The notes: generated by a model from the sequence alone, not told the origin. DNA of 63,042 nucleotides, filler included, from an uncultured bacterium (GCA_964471275.1; 16 parts of 16 records of this genome joined end to end with filler, not necessarily neighbours in it); one strand, 5' to 3'; counted from the first letter of the whole stretch, positions 1-12,248 are shown. Translations and numbers: made by a program.

Positions 1-55
1 GAGCGCTAGAATCGCACTCTAGAGGTCGAGGGTTCGACCCCCTTCCGCTCCACCA
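1..55 (+). tRNA. tRNA-Ala(CGC), 5' part missing at window start
   Basis: Anticodon arm CTAGA-ATCGCAC-TCTAG; T-arm GAGGG-TTCGACC-CCCTT; acceptor 3' strand CCGCTCC with U70 (Ala G3:U70 identity), discriminator A and encoded CCA. Confidence 0.93.
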
Positions 56-60
56 TTATT

Positions 61-95
61 ATCGAGGACTTATGATGGAAGATTGAGGATCGAAA
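61..95. repeat. Heptamer-periodic repeat, inverted copy at 649..683
   Basis: 61..95 matches the reverse complement of 649..683 at 29/35 positions; units resemble ATCGAGG/ATTGAGG/ATGATGG. Confidence 0.6.
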
Positions 96-145
96 GGCTG
101 AGGTCTTAGATTCTCAGTCCTCTCTCCTAGGCCCTCAATATAATT

Positions 146-427
146 GGAAGGTCGTGCTAGACGGGGTGGTAGCGGTGCCCTGTGACCCGCAATCCGCTAT
201 AGCGGGGTTGAATTCCTTCGTTTGAGAGATACCGCTTCAGACTTCGATGACGCAGTTTGCGGTGTTGATAGTCAGGTCCTGCGCAACGGATCTTTGCTGA
301 ACCCCGTCAGGACCGGAAGGTAGCAGCGGTAAGCGACTAGGCCCGTGTGCCGCAGGGCCACCTGGCAGGAGCTGGCGCTGGGTTCTCGAACCTGAAGCAT
401 ATCTCGATGCAAGGTGCACGGCCTTTC
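146..427 (+). ncRNA. ffs: Signal recognition particle RNA, large bacterial type with Alu domain
   Basis: 5' GTGCTAGACGGGGTGGTAGCGGTGCCCTGT...CAATCCGCTATAGCGGGG resembles the Bacillus scRNA Alu domain; domain IV core TCAGGACCGGAAGGTAGCAGC; 5'/3' ends pair (GGAAGGTCGTGC / GCACGGCCTTTC); lies upstream of dnaX. Confidence 0.92.
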
Positions 428-690
428 GCTAGTTTGTATTCGAGGATGGACGATTGACGGGAGGTGACTTTTCGTTGCCCTGTCTTCTGTCCTCGATCCT
501 CCCTATACTTCTCCTAAAGCAAGACTGAGAAACCGAGGAAAGAAGGCTCGGATTGAGCGTTGTTCTCGATTGGCAGGGCTCGTTATCGTTCCTCGCTATG
601 CTCACCAGAATGTTCTAGATTATGACGGAAGGGAATCGGCCTTCTGGTTCTCAATCCTCGATTTTCCATCATCAATCCTCGATTGTTGCC

Positions 691-2361
691 ATGTCCTACC
701 AGGTGATGGCGCGTGAACGACGTCCCGAAGTCTTTGACGAAGTTGTCGCGCAAGACCACATCGTAACCACTCTACAGAATGCGATCAGGACCGACCGGGT
801 CGCGCAGGCCTATCTGTTTTCGGGACCTCGGGGCACCGGGAAGACGACGACCGCTCGTTTGCTGGCGAAAGCCCTGAACTGCGAGCAAGGCCCGACGCCC
901 ACGCCCTGCGGGACTTGTGCATCGTGCGTCTCGATCAAAAAGGGGCGCAGTCTCGATGTTCGCGAGATCGATGGTGCTTCTACGAACTCGGTTGATGACG
1001 TTCGACAGCTTCGCGAAGAGGTTGGCTACGCCGCCTCCAAAGGGAAGCGGAAGGTCTACATTATCGACGAAGTTCACATGTTGACGATGCAGGCCTTCAA
1101 TGCGCTTCTGAAGACGCTCGAGGAGCCGCCCGCTCACGTCATCTTCGTGTTTGCCACAACAGAACTGAACAAGGTCCCTGAGACGATTCTCTCTCGATGC
1201 CAGCGCTACAATTTTAGACGAATCCCGACGAGCGAGATCGTCGATGAGCTCAAGAAGATCGTCGCACAACGAGAACTCGAAGTGGAAGAAGAGGCTCTGT
1301 TTCTGATCGGACGGAAGGCGGGTGGCGCCATGCGTGATGCGCTCAGTCTGATGGATCAAGTGATCTCATTTTCGGAATCCGGAATCCAGAGTGACGATGT
1401 GCGTCGGTTGCTCGGAATCGTGCCGCGCGATCTATTCTTCGCACTGACGGATGCGATCGCGAAGGATGACGGGGCAGCAGGTTTGGAAATCGTGCACGGA
1501 CTGATCGAGGATGGGGGCGACATGGGTGAGTTTACCGAGGGAATGGTGGAGCACTTCCGCCATCTTCTCGTCGCTCGTATACAGGAAGAGGTGATCGGTG
1601 CCGATCTGCCGGAGGCGGACCTGGAAAGGTATAAGACTGCCGCCCAAGCGTTCCAGGAGCAAGATCTCCTCCGGATGCTGAATACCGTGGCTGATCTGGA
1701 GCTGACCATCGGTCGCGTGGGTGACCCTCGATTCTGGCTCGAGCTGACGGTCATGAAGCTGATGAAGGCGGCATCGACCGCTGATATTCAGACGGTCATC
1801 GATCAACTTGGGCAATCACAAGCATCTCCGGAACGACCCACGCTACCTCGGTCCACAAAACGCGCAGTATCCGTTTCGAGCCCAGCTCCAAGACGGAGCA
1901 CAAAGGCTTCTGCCGTCCCGCCGCGAGCTCCGCAGCTCCCGGCATCACCGGACCCGGACACGCCTGAAGAACCGGATGCCGCTGACGATGAGCCCGTGCC
2001 TGCGGCTGCGGTCGATCTGTCCACGGTTCGGAACCGTTGGGAGGATGTCGTCAATTTCGTGAGAGAACAGAAAGTCTCAGTCGGTACGTTCCTGTCGGAA
2101 GGGACACCCAAGAGTTTGGACGACAATCAACTGCTGGTCGTGTTCAAGCGGCACCGTGATTTTCACGCAAACCAGGTACGCCGAAACAAGGATTCTGTCG
2201 AGTCGGGGCTGAAGGCTGTGTTCAAAGCTGATCTCCGGATTATCTGCGAAGTGGACTACGATGACCTGCCGCCGGATGTGGCGAAAGAGCAGAAGGTCGA
2301 AGAGGATGAGCGGGTACAGATGGCGCTCAGGATCTTTAACGGCGAGATCATAAAGAAGTAG
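691..2361 (+). CDS. dnaX: DNA polymerase III subunit gamma/tau
   Basis: MSYQVMARERRP start, Walker A GPRGTGKTT, Zn-binding Cys cluster, DEVHML, SRC motif, Pro-rich linker; start moved from 622 to ATG 691. Confidence 0.97.
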   Translation: MSYQVMARERRPEVFDEVVAQDHIVTTLQNAIRTDRVAQAYLFSGPRGTGKTTTARLLAKALNCEQGPTPTPCGTCASCVSIKKGRSLDVREIDGASTNSVDDVRQLREEVGYAASKGKRKVYIIDEVHMLTMQAFNALLKTLEEPPAHVIFVFATTELNKVPETILSRCQRYNFRRIPTSEIVDELKKIVAQRELEVEEEALFLIGRKAGGAMRDALSLMDQVISFSESGIQSDDVRRLLGIVPRDLFFALTDAIAKDDGAAGLEIVHGLIEDGGDMGEFTEGMVEHFRHLLVARIQEEVIGADLPEADLERYKTAAQAFQEQDLLRMLNTVADLELTIGRVGDPRFWLELTVMKLMKAASTADIQTVIDQLGQSQASPERPTLPRSTKRAVSVSSPAPRRSTKASAVPPRAPQLPASPDPDTPEEPDAADDEPVPAAAVDLSTVRNRWEDVVNFVREQKVSVGTFLSEGTPKSLDDNQLLVVFKRHRDFHANQVRRNKDSVESGLKAVFKADLRIICEVDYDDLPPDVAKEQKVEEDERVQMALRIFNGEIIKK

Positions 2362-2493
2362 AGGCCGATTCTCGTCGAAGGGATGGCGAGGCAAGCGTTT
2401 CAGATAATCTCTCACCGCCAGGACTCCAGTGGTCGGGTGGGCTTGGGGAAGTAACCAGGTTGATTGACGTATAGCGATCCGGAGGTAGGTGAA

Positions 2494-2823
2494 ATGGCAA
2501 AGGGCATGGGTGGGATGATGAAGCAGGCCCAGAAGCTCCAGGCGAAGATGGCCAAGGTGCAGGAGGAACTGGTTGGGAAGACTGTGGAGGGAGACGCGGG
2601 CGGTGGTATGATCGTCGTGACAGCGAACGGTCACCAGGAGGTGACGGGGATAAAGATCAATCCGGAAGTGGTCGACCCGGAGGATGTCGAGATGCTCGAG
2701 GATCTGATTCTGGCGGCGATACAGCAGGCACGCGAGAAGGCTCAGGCCATGTCAGAGAAGGAAATGCAGAAGGCCACAGCCGGTATGATTCCACCGGGAA
2801 TGATGCAAGGTATGGGGCTGTAA
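2494..2823 (+). CDS. ybaB: YbaB/EbfC nucleoid-associated protein
   Basis: MMKQAQKLQ...DPEDVEMLEDLILAA motif; GGAGGT RBS; between dnaX and recR. Confidence 0.95.
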   Translation: MAKGMGGMMKQAQKLQAKMAKVQEELVGKTVEGDAGGGMIVVTANGHQEVTGIKINPEVVDPEDVEMLEDLILAAIQQAREKAQAMSEKEMQKATAGMIPPGMMQGMGL

Positions 2824-2833
2824 GACGGGCAGA

Positions 2834-2875
2834 ACCGAATACCGAACACCGAATGTCCAATGTCGAATCATGAAG
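2834..2875. repeat. Degenerate 7-bp tandem repeat, 6 units
   Basis: ACCGAAT-ACCGAAC-ACCGAAT-GTCCAAT-GTCGAAT-CATGAAG in the ybaB-recR spacer. Confidence 0.6.
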
Positions 2876-2950
2876 CAACGTCACAAGACGGCCGCTGGTC
2901 CTGAGTATTCCTCGAAATGCGTGGGCCGCATCCCGTAAGAGCGAGAGACG

Positions 2951-3544
2951 ATGGCAGACGATCCGATCGAAAAACTGACAAAGGGCCTTGGACGACTTCC
3001 CGGTGTTGGCCCGAAGTCCGCTCGCCGGATCGCGCTCGATGTGCTCACGTGGCCAACGGATGAGGTTCACAGACTGGCCGACCTCCTTGTGGAGATCAAG
3101 ACGAATGTGCGTGAGTGCTCCACCTGCTACAACCTGGCGGTCGAAGATCCTTGCCCGATCTGCACCGACTCCCGTCGAGATGCGACGACGATTATGGTCG
3201 TCGATGCCGTTGCCAATCTGATTGCCGTCGAGCGGACGAATAGCTATCGTGGTGTCTACCATGTGTTGGGTGGGCGACTGTCGCCCCTGGATGGAATCGG
3301 CCCGGAAGATCTGAAGATCGCCGAGCTGGAAGCACGAGTGGCGGCCGGGTCGATCCGGGAAGTAATTCTTGCGAACGAGCCGACAGTCGAGGGCGATGCG
3401 ACCGCCCAGTATATCAGCCACGTTTTGGGGACAAGCGACGTGCAGATCACTCAGATCGCTCGCGGGTTGCCCGTCGGTAGCGATCTCTCGCTTGCTGATC
3501 AGGTAACCCTGTCTCGGGCGCTCGAAGGCCGCCGGGAACTGTGA
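2951..3544 (+). CDS. recR: Recombination mediator RecR
   Basis: HhH LPGVGPKSA, C4 zinc finger, YHVLGG Toprim, EGDATA. Confidence 0.97.
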   Translation: MADDPIEKLTKGLGRLPGVGPKSARRIALDVLTWPTDEVHRLADLLVEIKTNVRECSTCYNLAVEDPCPICTDSRRDATTIMVVDAVANLIAVERTNSYRGVYHVLGGRLSPLDGIGPEDLKIAELEARVAAGSIREVILANEPTVEGDATAQYISHVLGTSDVQITQIARGLPVGSDLSLADQVTLSRALEGRREL

Positions 3545-4116
3545 CTGTGGAACGAGCGAACACGATCGAAACCAATGCAGAGGGTCTCCCTCGAGAATCG
3601 GGCAAGGTCTTCACTTTTCCGAACGTGTTGACGATCGTCAGGGTTCTTCTGACACCCGTGTTCCTCGCGCTGATCTTCTCGCACACCTGGTATAACAAGA
3701 TCCTCGCGCTGATCGTTTTCATTGTCGCATCGCTGACAGACTTCTACGATGGCAAGATCGCGCGTCGTGATGGGACCATAACCGCATTTGGGCGATTCAT
3801 GGACCCGCTTGCGGATAAGCTGCTCGTGTCATCGGCACTGATTTCATTCGTTGTGCTGGGCATGGTGGAAGCCTGGCTTGTCGCCGCAATGCTCGTTCGA
3901 GACGCGGTGATCACGCTCCTTCGGGTTATCTCGATCCGGAAGGGCAAGGAGGTCGTGACCTCCGGTCTGGCGAAGTGGAAGACGATGCTTCAGCTGGTCC
4001 TGGTGTTCGGAATCTTGGTGTTCATGAATATCCGGGTGATTCAGGCGAAACTCACATCCAGCCCACTCGAGCTGACCGGCACCTGGTCGCATCTCGTGCT
4101 GAACGGTCTAGTGGCC
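3541..4116 (+). CDS. pgsA: CDP-diacylglycerol--glycerol-3-phosphate 3-phosphatidyltransferase (3' truncated by contig end)
   Basis: PNVLT..R and TDFYDGKIAR...GRFMDPLADK CDP-alcohol phosphatidyltransferase motif. Confidence 0.9.
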
Positions 4117-4216
4117 NNNNNNNNNNNNNNNNNNNNNNNNNNNNNNNNNNNNNNNNNNNNTTAATTAATTAANNNNNNNNNNNNNNNNNNNNNNNNNNNN
4201 NNNNNNNNNNNNNNNN
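4117..4216. other. Artificial contig linker (first of 15)
   Basis: N44-TTAATTAATTAA-N44 with stops in all six frames. Others start at 8328, 12539, 16724, 20842, 24919, 28951, 32897, 36746, 40571, 44391, 48198, 51948, 55677 and 59390, each 100 bp. Confidence 0.99.
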
Positions 4217-4338
4217 CTCAGCCTGGCGGAGATGACCGGTGATCTGTTCTGGTGTGTAACGCTTCCTTGCCAGGAGGACCCCTTTCTATGTCCCATATCC
4301 TAACTCTAGGACTGGTAACATTCTAGGGGCGCAGGTCA
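4217..4338 (-). mobile_element. IS3-family (IS407-like) left end with start of orfA
   Basis: Minus strand begins TGACCTGCGCCCCT...AGAGTTAGGAT and encodes ARKRYTPEQITGHLRQAE, a typical OrfA N-terminus; start codon appears as CTG. Confidence 0.8.
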
Positions 4339-4545
4339 CCGCATTGTTCACGATCCACACGTCCACCGAAACGCCGGAACAGACTCTGCGTGAGGGTCAG
4401 GCTCACTGGCTCAGGATGGCAGCAACACGACCGAGAAGGAAACGGAAAACGGCCACCCGTTGTTGCGGATGGCCGACATTCGCCTGCTTCGTTGATGAAT
4501 CTGATTCAGATCTACAAGTCCTACACCCAACCGAGTGTCCCTGAC

Positions 4546-6807
<2,262 letters not shown>

Positions 6808-6995
6808 TCACTAAGGCGTTATGAAATAAAACTATAGACATCGACAAAGAAGAACAGCAAATCGTTCGAATACAATGCATTCCAAACAGGAATGAACGCA
6901 GTAAGATCAAGAGCATAGAAGTATAGAAGTAAGGATGATCGTGAGGTTCTGTCCAGAAGGAGAGATCTCGGTCCCGTGAGGTGGTGATCGGGAGT

Positions 6996-8219
6996 CTACT
7001 GCCAGCCTCCGCCCTGCCCCGCAACCCATCCGCTGGACCACGCCCACTGGAAATTGAATCCACCCAGATCCCCGTGAACGTCCAGCATCTCGCCGGCAAA
7101 GAAGAGCCCGGGCACAATCCTGGATTCCATCGTTTGCGGATCGACGTCGTCGGTAACGATGCCGCCGACCATCACCTCTGCCTCTGCGAACGTCCGTGAC
7201 CCGAGCACCCGAACCTCCCATCCCGTGAGCCCCTCCGCAATCCGACGCCCCTCGGCCGCAGAGATGCCGGCGGCAGGCCGGTCTGGCGGGATGTCCATGA
7301 GTGGCAGGAGAACGGGTGCAATCTTGTCGGGGAGTAACCCGGTGAAGCTGAAGGCAACTGTTCGATACGGGTGACGATTCCACCTGTGTCGAAGCCTTTC
7401 CTCGAGTTCATCCGCAGACACGCCGGGGAAGAAGTTGATACGCACGGAAACCGTGCCTCCATCCACAAAGGGCGCGACCGACTCGCTGAGGTTGAGAATC
7501 ACCAGCCCAGAAAGACCGTAGAACCGGAAGAGAATCTCCCATTCATCTCGCTTGACTACCTGCCCGTCTACCAGAGCCTCGGCCGCCACTACGGCCCTGA
7601 CCCCCTGCAGCTTGTGCAAGGTGCTGCGTTCTGTCTCGAGCGGCCCAAGACCTGGATAGATTGCGGTGCGCCGATGGCCCAGATCACAGGCCATACGGAT
7701 GCCATCGTCACTTCCCCCGAGGCCTGGCGCCGAAGTCCCGCCGGTCGTCATGATGACACGATCGGCGTCGAAGTGCTGTCCGTTAGCGGTCCGGACACGG
7801 AAACCGTCGTCTTTGAACAGCTCGGCCGCATCTGCCGAGTCGACCACCCGGATCCCAGCGCGATTCACGCGATCCTCGAGAAGGCGAACGACGCTTGCGG
7901 CCTGGTTGGATGCGGGAAAGACACGACCTCGCTTTTCCACACGGGTCTCGATCCCGAGATCGTGGAAGAAGGCCAGAGTATCCTCCACGGGGAAAGCATT
8001 CAGCGCACCTTGGGCGAAGTCGGGGTTGTCCCCGTGAAAATGGATCGGATCCGGATCCGTGTTCAGCACGTTACACCGCCCGTTGCCGCTGATCAGGATC
8101 TTGCGCCCCAGACAATCATTCTTCTCGAGAAGGGTCACCCGTTCGCCGCGATCTGCTGCCGCAATGGCGGCCATCAGGCCGGCGGCCCCCCCTCCGACTA
8201 TGAGCGTGTTACAGGACAT
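6996..8219 (-). CDS. HI0933/BaiN-family NAD(P)/FAD-dependent oxidoreductase
   Basis: GGGAAG FAD motif, KILISGNGRCN, GEMLDVHGDLGGFNFQWAWSSG. Confidence 0.93.
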   Translation of the reverse strand: MSCNTLIVGGGAAGLMAAIAAADRGERVTLLEKNDCLGRKILISGNGRCNVLNTDPDPIHFHGDNPDFAQGALNAFPVEDTLAFFHDLGIETRVEKRGRVFPASNQAASVVRLLEDRVNRAGIRVVDSADAAELFKDDGFRVRTANGQHFDADRVIMTTGGTSAPGLGGSDDGIRMACDLGHRRTAIYPGLGPLETERSTLHKLQGVRAVVAAEALVDGQVVKRDEWEILFRFYGLSGLVILNLSESVAPFVDGGTVSVRINFFPGVSADELEERLRHRWNRHPYRTVAFSFTGLLPDKIAPVLLPLMDIPPDRPAAGISAAEGRRIAEGLTGWEVRVLGSRTFAEAEVMVGGIVTDDVDPQTMESRIVPGLFFAGEMLDVHGDLGGFNFQWAWSSGWVAGQGGGWQ

Positions 8220-8252
8220 ATTGCATACATCTTGTTTGTGTGGGTGCCGGAG

Positions 8253-8327
8253 TGACCTGCCCCCATCCAGGTGTCCACATCCAGAGTTAGGATGCGGTTG
8301 CTGATACCGGTCCCTCGACCGTTTCGG
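8253..8327 (-). mobile_element. IS3-family (IS407-like) right end
   Basis: TGACCTGCCCCCATCC terminus; reverse complement matches 25061..25135 at 66/75 positions. Confidence 0.82.
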
Positions 8328-8427
8328 NNNNNNNNNNNNNNNNNNNNNNNNNNNNNNNNNNNNNNNNNNNNTTAATTAATTAANNNNNNNNNNNNNNNNN
8401 NNNNNNNNNNNNNNNNNNNNNNNNNNN

Positions 8428-9907
8428 ATCCGCTCTCGTCACATCGATCGACATGATCCGCCTTCACCCCAACCAGTATGTGTTCTTCAACCATCTGCTC
8501 GCGGGGGGGCTCTCGTCTGCTGCCCCCCTGTATGACACTGACTACTTTGCGAACAGCCATCGGTTGGGAATCAGATGGATTGACGAGCAGTTGAAAACAG
8601 GAACGAGCGTTACGGTCAACGTGCCCATAGCAGAAGTCGCATCGGGAACATCCGTTCACAACAGGACTATCCCCTGGCGGGCAGACTACCTTCTGGTCGG
8701 TGCCACTCGAGACGAGGACATGGAGGTTCCGGGTGAGATCGTTCACACGATCCGGGCGGCCGATGTTCCGCTTCTTGACATCGTCAGCGCGGACCCCGAG
8801 TGGCGTGGGCAGCCCTTCTACCACGGCCCAAATGCTGAATTCCACTACGCAGGACTTGCAACGTCACACGCATTGCTGGGTAACGTAGCGGAGGCACGTG
8901 ATCTGTATCGGAAGGCGATCGAGAGACGACCCGAGCGCAGAATCTGGCACTACAAGCTGGGTCGCCTGTTGATGGATCAAGATCTACTGGCTGAGGCCAT
9001 CGAGTCGTTTGAGAAGGCAATCGAACTCAGACCAACCTACCGGGCACACTTTCACCTGGCGAGTTGCTATCATCGAACGGATCGGTATCAAAAAGCGGTG
9101 GTAAACTATAAGCGATCGCTTGAGATGCGATTCGACAGTGAATGGGCCTACCTGAACCTGGGTGGAAGTCTGAGTGCACTCGGTCACTTCCCGGAAGCTG
9201 AGTATTCCTACAAACAGGCACTGTACTTCAATCCAGGCGTTGTCGATGCCAAGGAACGGCTTGCTCAGCTGTATTTCAAGCAGGCAAGATATGATGAGGC
9301 CCTGCCGTTACTGGACCAACTGGAGACGGAGTCGAGTGATCTGCTTGAATCTGTCTTCTTTAAGGCAAGCATACACTACGAAAGAGGCGAAATACGGGAA
9401 GCTGTCGGCTACCTGCGTCGAATTGTGGAGGAGGCTGATCGAGCTGACGCCTACCTGCTGCTGTCAAAGTGTCTTCGACAAGGCGGCGAGATCGAGGAGG
9501 CGTACGTGTCTGTCACTAGGTTGCTCGAGCTTGCGCCCGACGAAGACCCGGCGTGGGCTGAGTATCTCAGTGTCGGGGAGACCTACCACGAAGCCGGCAA
9601 CCTTGAACGCGCAGAGCTGATCTATCGAGCTTATCTGGAGAGGACACCGGAATCAGACCGAGTTTGGCAGAACCTAGCCATCCTATTATTCGGCGACGAT
9701 CGATTTGACAACGCGTTCACAGCCTTCGCCAATGCCGCCCGAGCAAATCCATCCTCGGTCGAGGCATTGCTGGGTCTCGGTCAATCGGCAGAAAGGCTGG
9801 CCCGGATCGACGCGGCAAAGCAGTCATACCGGAGTGCACTGCAGTTGGTTCCGGATCACGCCATTGCTCTGGAGAAACTCGCGAATCTGACTCGCAATCA
9901 GCAGTGA
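8428..9907 (+). CDS. TPR protein, probably the C-terminal part of a membrane (GT-C-like) glycosyltransferase-TPR fusion; 5' truncated
   Basis: Frame open to contig edge; HPNQYVFFN..GG...YDTDYFANS resembles the post-membrane motif of ArnT/PMT-like proteins, followed by roughly ten TPR-like repeats. Confidence 0.7.
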
Positions 9908-9984
9908 ATCGCTAGCGGCGGCCGCAGGCTACTTGTAAGAACCGGAACTGAGAGAGGAGACACCGCCTGGATGCTAACTACACC

Positions 9985-11052
9985 GTGAATACGTTTATCC
10001 GAGGCGTGATCGAGGGATTCTATGGTCGGTCCTGGAGTTGGGAATCGCGGGAAACGTACGCTGACTTCCTGATGTCGAACGGATTTGACTTTTACATCTA
10101 TGCGCCCAAAGACGACACCTACCTGAGACGGCGGTGGAGAGACTCCTGGCCGGACAACCAGATGAAGAGGCTAATGCACTTGGCCGCCGTCTACACGGAC
10201 AGCGAGGTCTCCTGGGGAATCGGCCTCAGCCCTTACGAAATTCACCTGTCGTACGACGGCGAGGCGAAGCAGGCTCTGAGACAGAAGATGGAAGCCATCA
10301 ATCGGCTCGACCCCGACATCCTCTGCGTGCTCCTAGACGATATGAAGGGAGACGTGCCCGGGCTGGCCGAGACTCAGGCTGAGGTGTTCAACCAGATCGC
10401 GGATCTGAGCACCGCCCGTCGGTTCATCCTGTGCCCGACATATTATTCGTTCGATCCGATTCTCGAGAAGGTCTTTGGGACGATGCCCGAGGGCTATTGG
10501 GATACACTGGGCAGGCTGATTGATCCCGCAGTTGACTTCTTCTGGACAGGTCCGCAGGTCTGCTCGATCGAATACCCGGAAGCACATCTTACCGCAGTGA
10601 CGGATCAACTGGGACGAAAGCCGTTCATCTGGGACAACTATCCAGTAAACGACAGCGAAAAGCGATCGAAACACCTGTATCTGAGGCCCTCCGAGAACAG
10701 GCCGCATCGTCTGTCCGAGCAGTCGGCAGGTCACGCGGTCAACCCCATGAACCAGGCCTGGCTCTCGCAGATCCCGATCTGGACTCTCGGTAACAGCTAC
10801 CACGCGAAGACGGGGTATGATCCGCAGAAGACCCTTATAAACGCGGTCGAGACGCTCTGTGGTACCGAATTGGGCAATAGGATTCTGGAAAACTTACCGG
10901 TCCTTCAAGACCAAGGGTTGGATAGCATCGGTGAAGACCAGAAATGGGCCATGACCCAGGAATACAGTAGAATCCAGTCGCCCTTTGCCAAGGAGATCAT
11001 CGAATGGTTGCAGGGCCGGTACGCATTCGACCCCGCTTGCCTGACGGAGTGA
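9985..11052 (+). CDS. GH84 beta-N-acetylglucosaminidase (O-GlcNAcase/hyaluronidase family)
   Basis: GVIEGFYG, YIYAPKDD, catalytic LLDD, CPTYY, WTG, IWDNYPVND, NPMNQ; no signal peptide evident. Confidence 0.93.
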   Translation: MNTFIRGVIEGFYGRSWSWESRETYADFLMSNGFDFYIYAPKDDTYLRRRWRDSWPDNQMKRLMHLAAVYTDSEVSWGIGLSPYEIHLSYDGEAKQALRQKMEAINRLDPDILCVLLDDMKGDVPGLAETQAEVFNQIADLSTARRFILCPTYYSFDPILEKVFGTMPEGYWDTLGRLIDPAVDFFWTGPQVCSIEYPEAHLTAVTDQLGRKPFIWDNYPVNDSEKRSKHLYLRPSENRPHRLSEQSAGHAVNPMNQAWLSQIPIWTLGNSYHAKTGYDPQKTLINAVETLCGTELGNRILENLPVLQDQGLDSIGEDQKWAMTQEYSRIQSPFAKEIIEWLQGRYAFDPACLTE

Positions 11053-11213
11053 CAGACCATCCCCGGTAGAAATGGGTAAACGTCGGAAGGTTGTGCGACA
11101 CGGAGCGAGATCAATGCGAGGAAGAATGAGGCAAGCTTAACGACGGTGAGATGTCAGGTAACGGATACAAGCGCGTGGAAACCGGCAGACCCCGAAAGGG
11201 ATCTCTACCAGGT

Positions 11214-12248
11214 TCAACGCCATTCCGAGGGTAGATTCGGCTGCATAACGACCCGATCGAAATTCTCCGCCATCTGCTCGATGCCGTCCGCGTTGGGATG
11301 ACACTCATCCTCCGTGCACGCCTCGATTTCCGCTAGGCTGAACACGTTGAGTCCATCGGCATACGATAGGTTCACGTCACCGGCATCAATCAATCGCTCC
11401 GCAACATCCTTCAAATCGCGTCGCATACCCGAAATCGTATACCCGACCGGGTTAGGAGTCGTTTCTGTCGGAGGATGCCCAATTGGCGACACGAGAACAA
11501 TTGGTGCTGTGGGTTGAACATCGCGGATCACGCGCACCAGACCGATCGCGCTCGCCGGATAGGTGCGTGCACTCAGATGGCCGGCACGGATGCAGTTGAT
11601 GCCCAGTTTCAGCGTGATGAAATCCACCGAAAGCTCGCGAATCACGAAACCCAGCATTGGATCGAGGCAGCACTGGCCGCCATAGCCAAGGTTGGTCAGG
11701 TTCAGGTCGTATCGCCTGGCGATTATCGCCGGCCACGTTCGGGCAGGACTGTGTGCACGTACGCAGTGGGTCAACGAGCTCCCGTAGGTCACCCAGTGTG
11801 GTCTGGGATCATCGACGACCTTACATCCCCCACCTTCATCCACAGACATTTCACGCAGCACCACCGGGGAATCCTGCGGAAGCCAGATCTCGACCGTTTT
11901 GCTCCCGGCAGGCAGGTTCTGGAAGATCACCTCGGTCTCGCCGGGCTTGACCGGTACGGACTGAATCAGCTGACCCTCGATCGTCGCATCGAACCAGAAC
12001 GCATCTCTACCCGTCGCAGGGGGAACCTCGGAACCGACATCCACGACCAACTGGATCTGCACGGCACTCGTCTCAAACCGCAGTCGCGCTCCGCTACCGT
12101 TCTGCGCGCGGCCCAGCAGCCCCTCGTCAGGACTCGGGAACAACATCTGCTGTGTGTGCGGCAGCCGCCACGGCTTCCACCCACCAGCCACCGGCTCAAC
12201 TGAAACCACTCCCTCAAAAAAATCAGCGGTGATATCTACGCGCTTCAC
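11214..12248 (-). CDS. SGNH/GDSL hydrolase family protein
   Basis: YGSSLT block I, NLGYGG, KLGIN, DECHPN. Confidence 0.88.
   Translation of the reverse strand: MKRVDITADFFEGVVSVEPVAGGWKPWRLPHTQQMLFPSPDEGLLGRAQNGSGARLRFETSAVQIQLVVDVGSEVPPATGRDAFWFDATIEGQLIQSVPVKPGETEVIFQNLPAGSKTVEIWLPQDSPVVLREMSVDEGGGCKVVDDPRPHWVTYGSSLTHCVRAHSPARTWPAIIARRYDLNLTNLGYGGQCCLDPMLGFVIRELSVDFITLKLGINCIRAGHLSARTYPASAIGLVRVIRDVQPTAPIVLVSPIGHPPTETTPNPVGYTISGMRRDLKDVAERLIDAGDVNLSYADGLNVFSLAEIEACTEDECHPNADGIEQMAENFDRVVMQPNLPSEWR

Noticed and set aside
237..419. 60-aa minus-strand ORF
   Set aside because: It is antisense to the SRP RNA and has no protein features
935..946. dnaX programmed -1 frameshift site
   Set aside because: Only A5G rather than A AAA AAG, and it lies within the ATPase domain rather than after domain III
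4161..4172. Recurrent TTAATTAATTAA palindrome as a biological repeat
   Set aside because: It is always centred in N44 blocks and is an artificial six-frame stop linker
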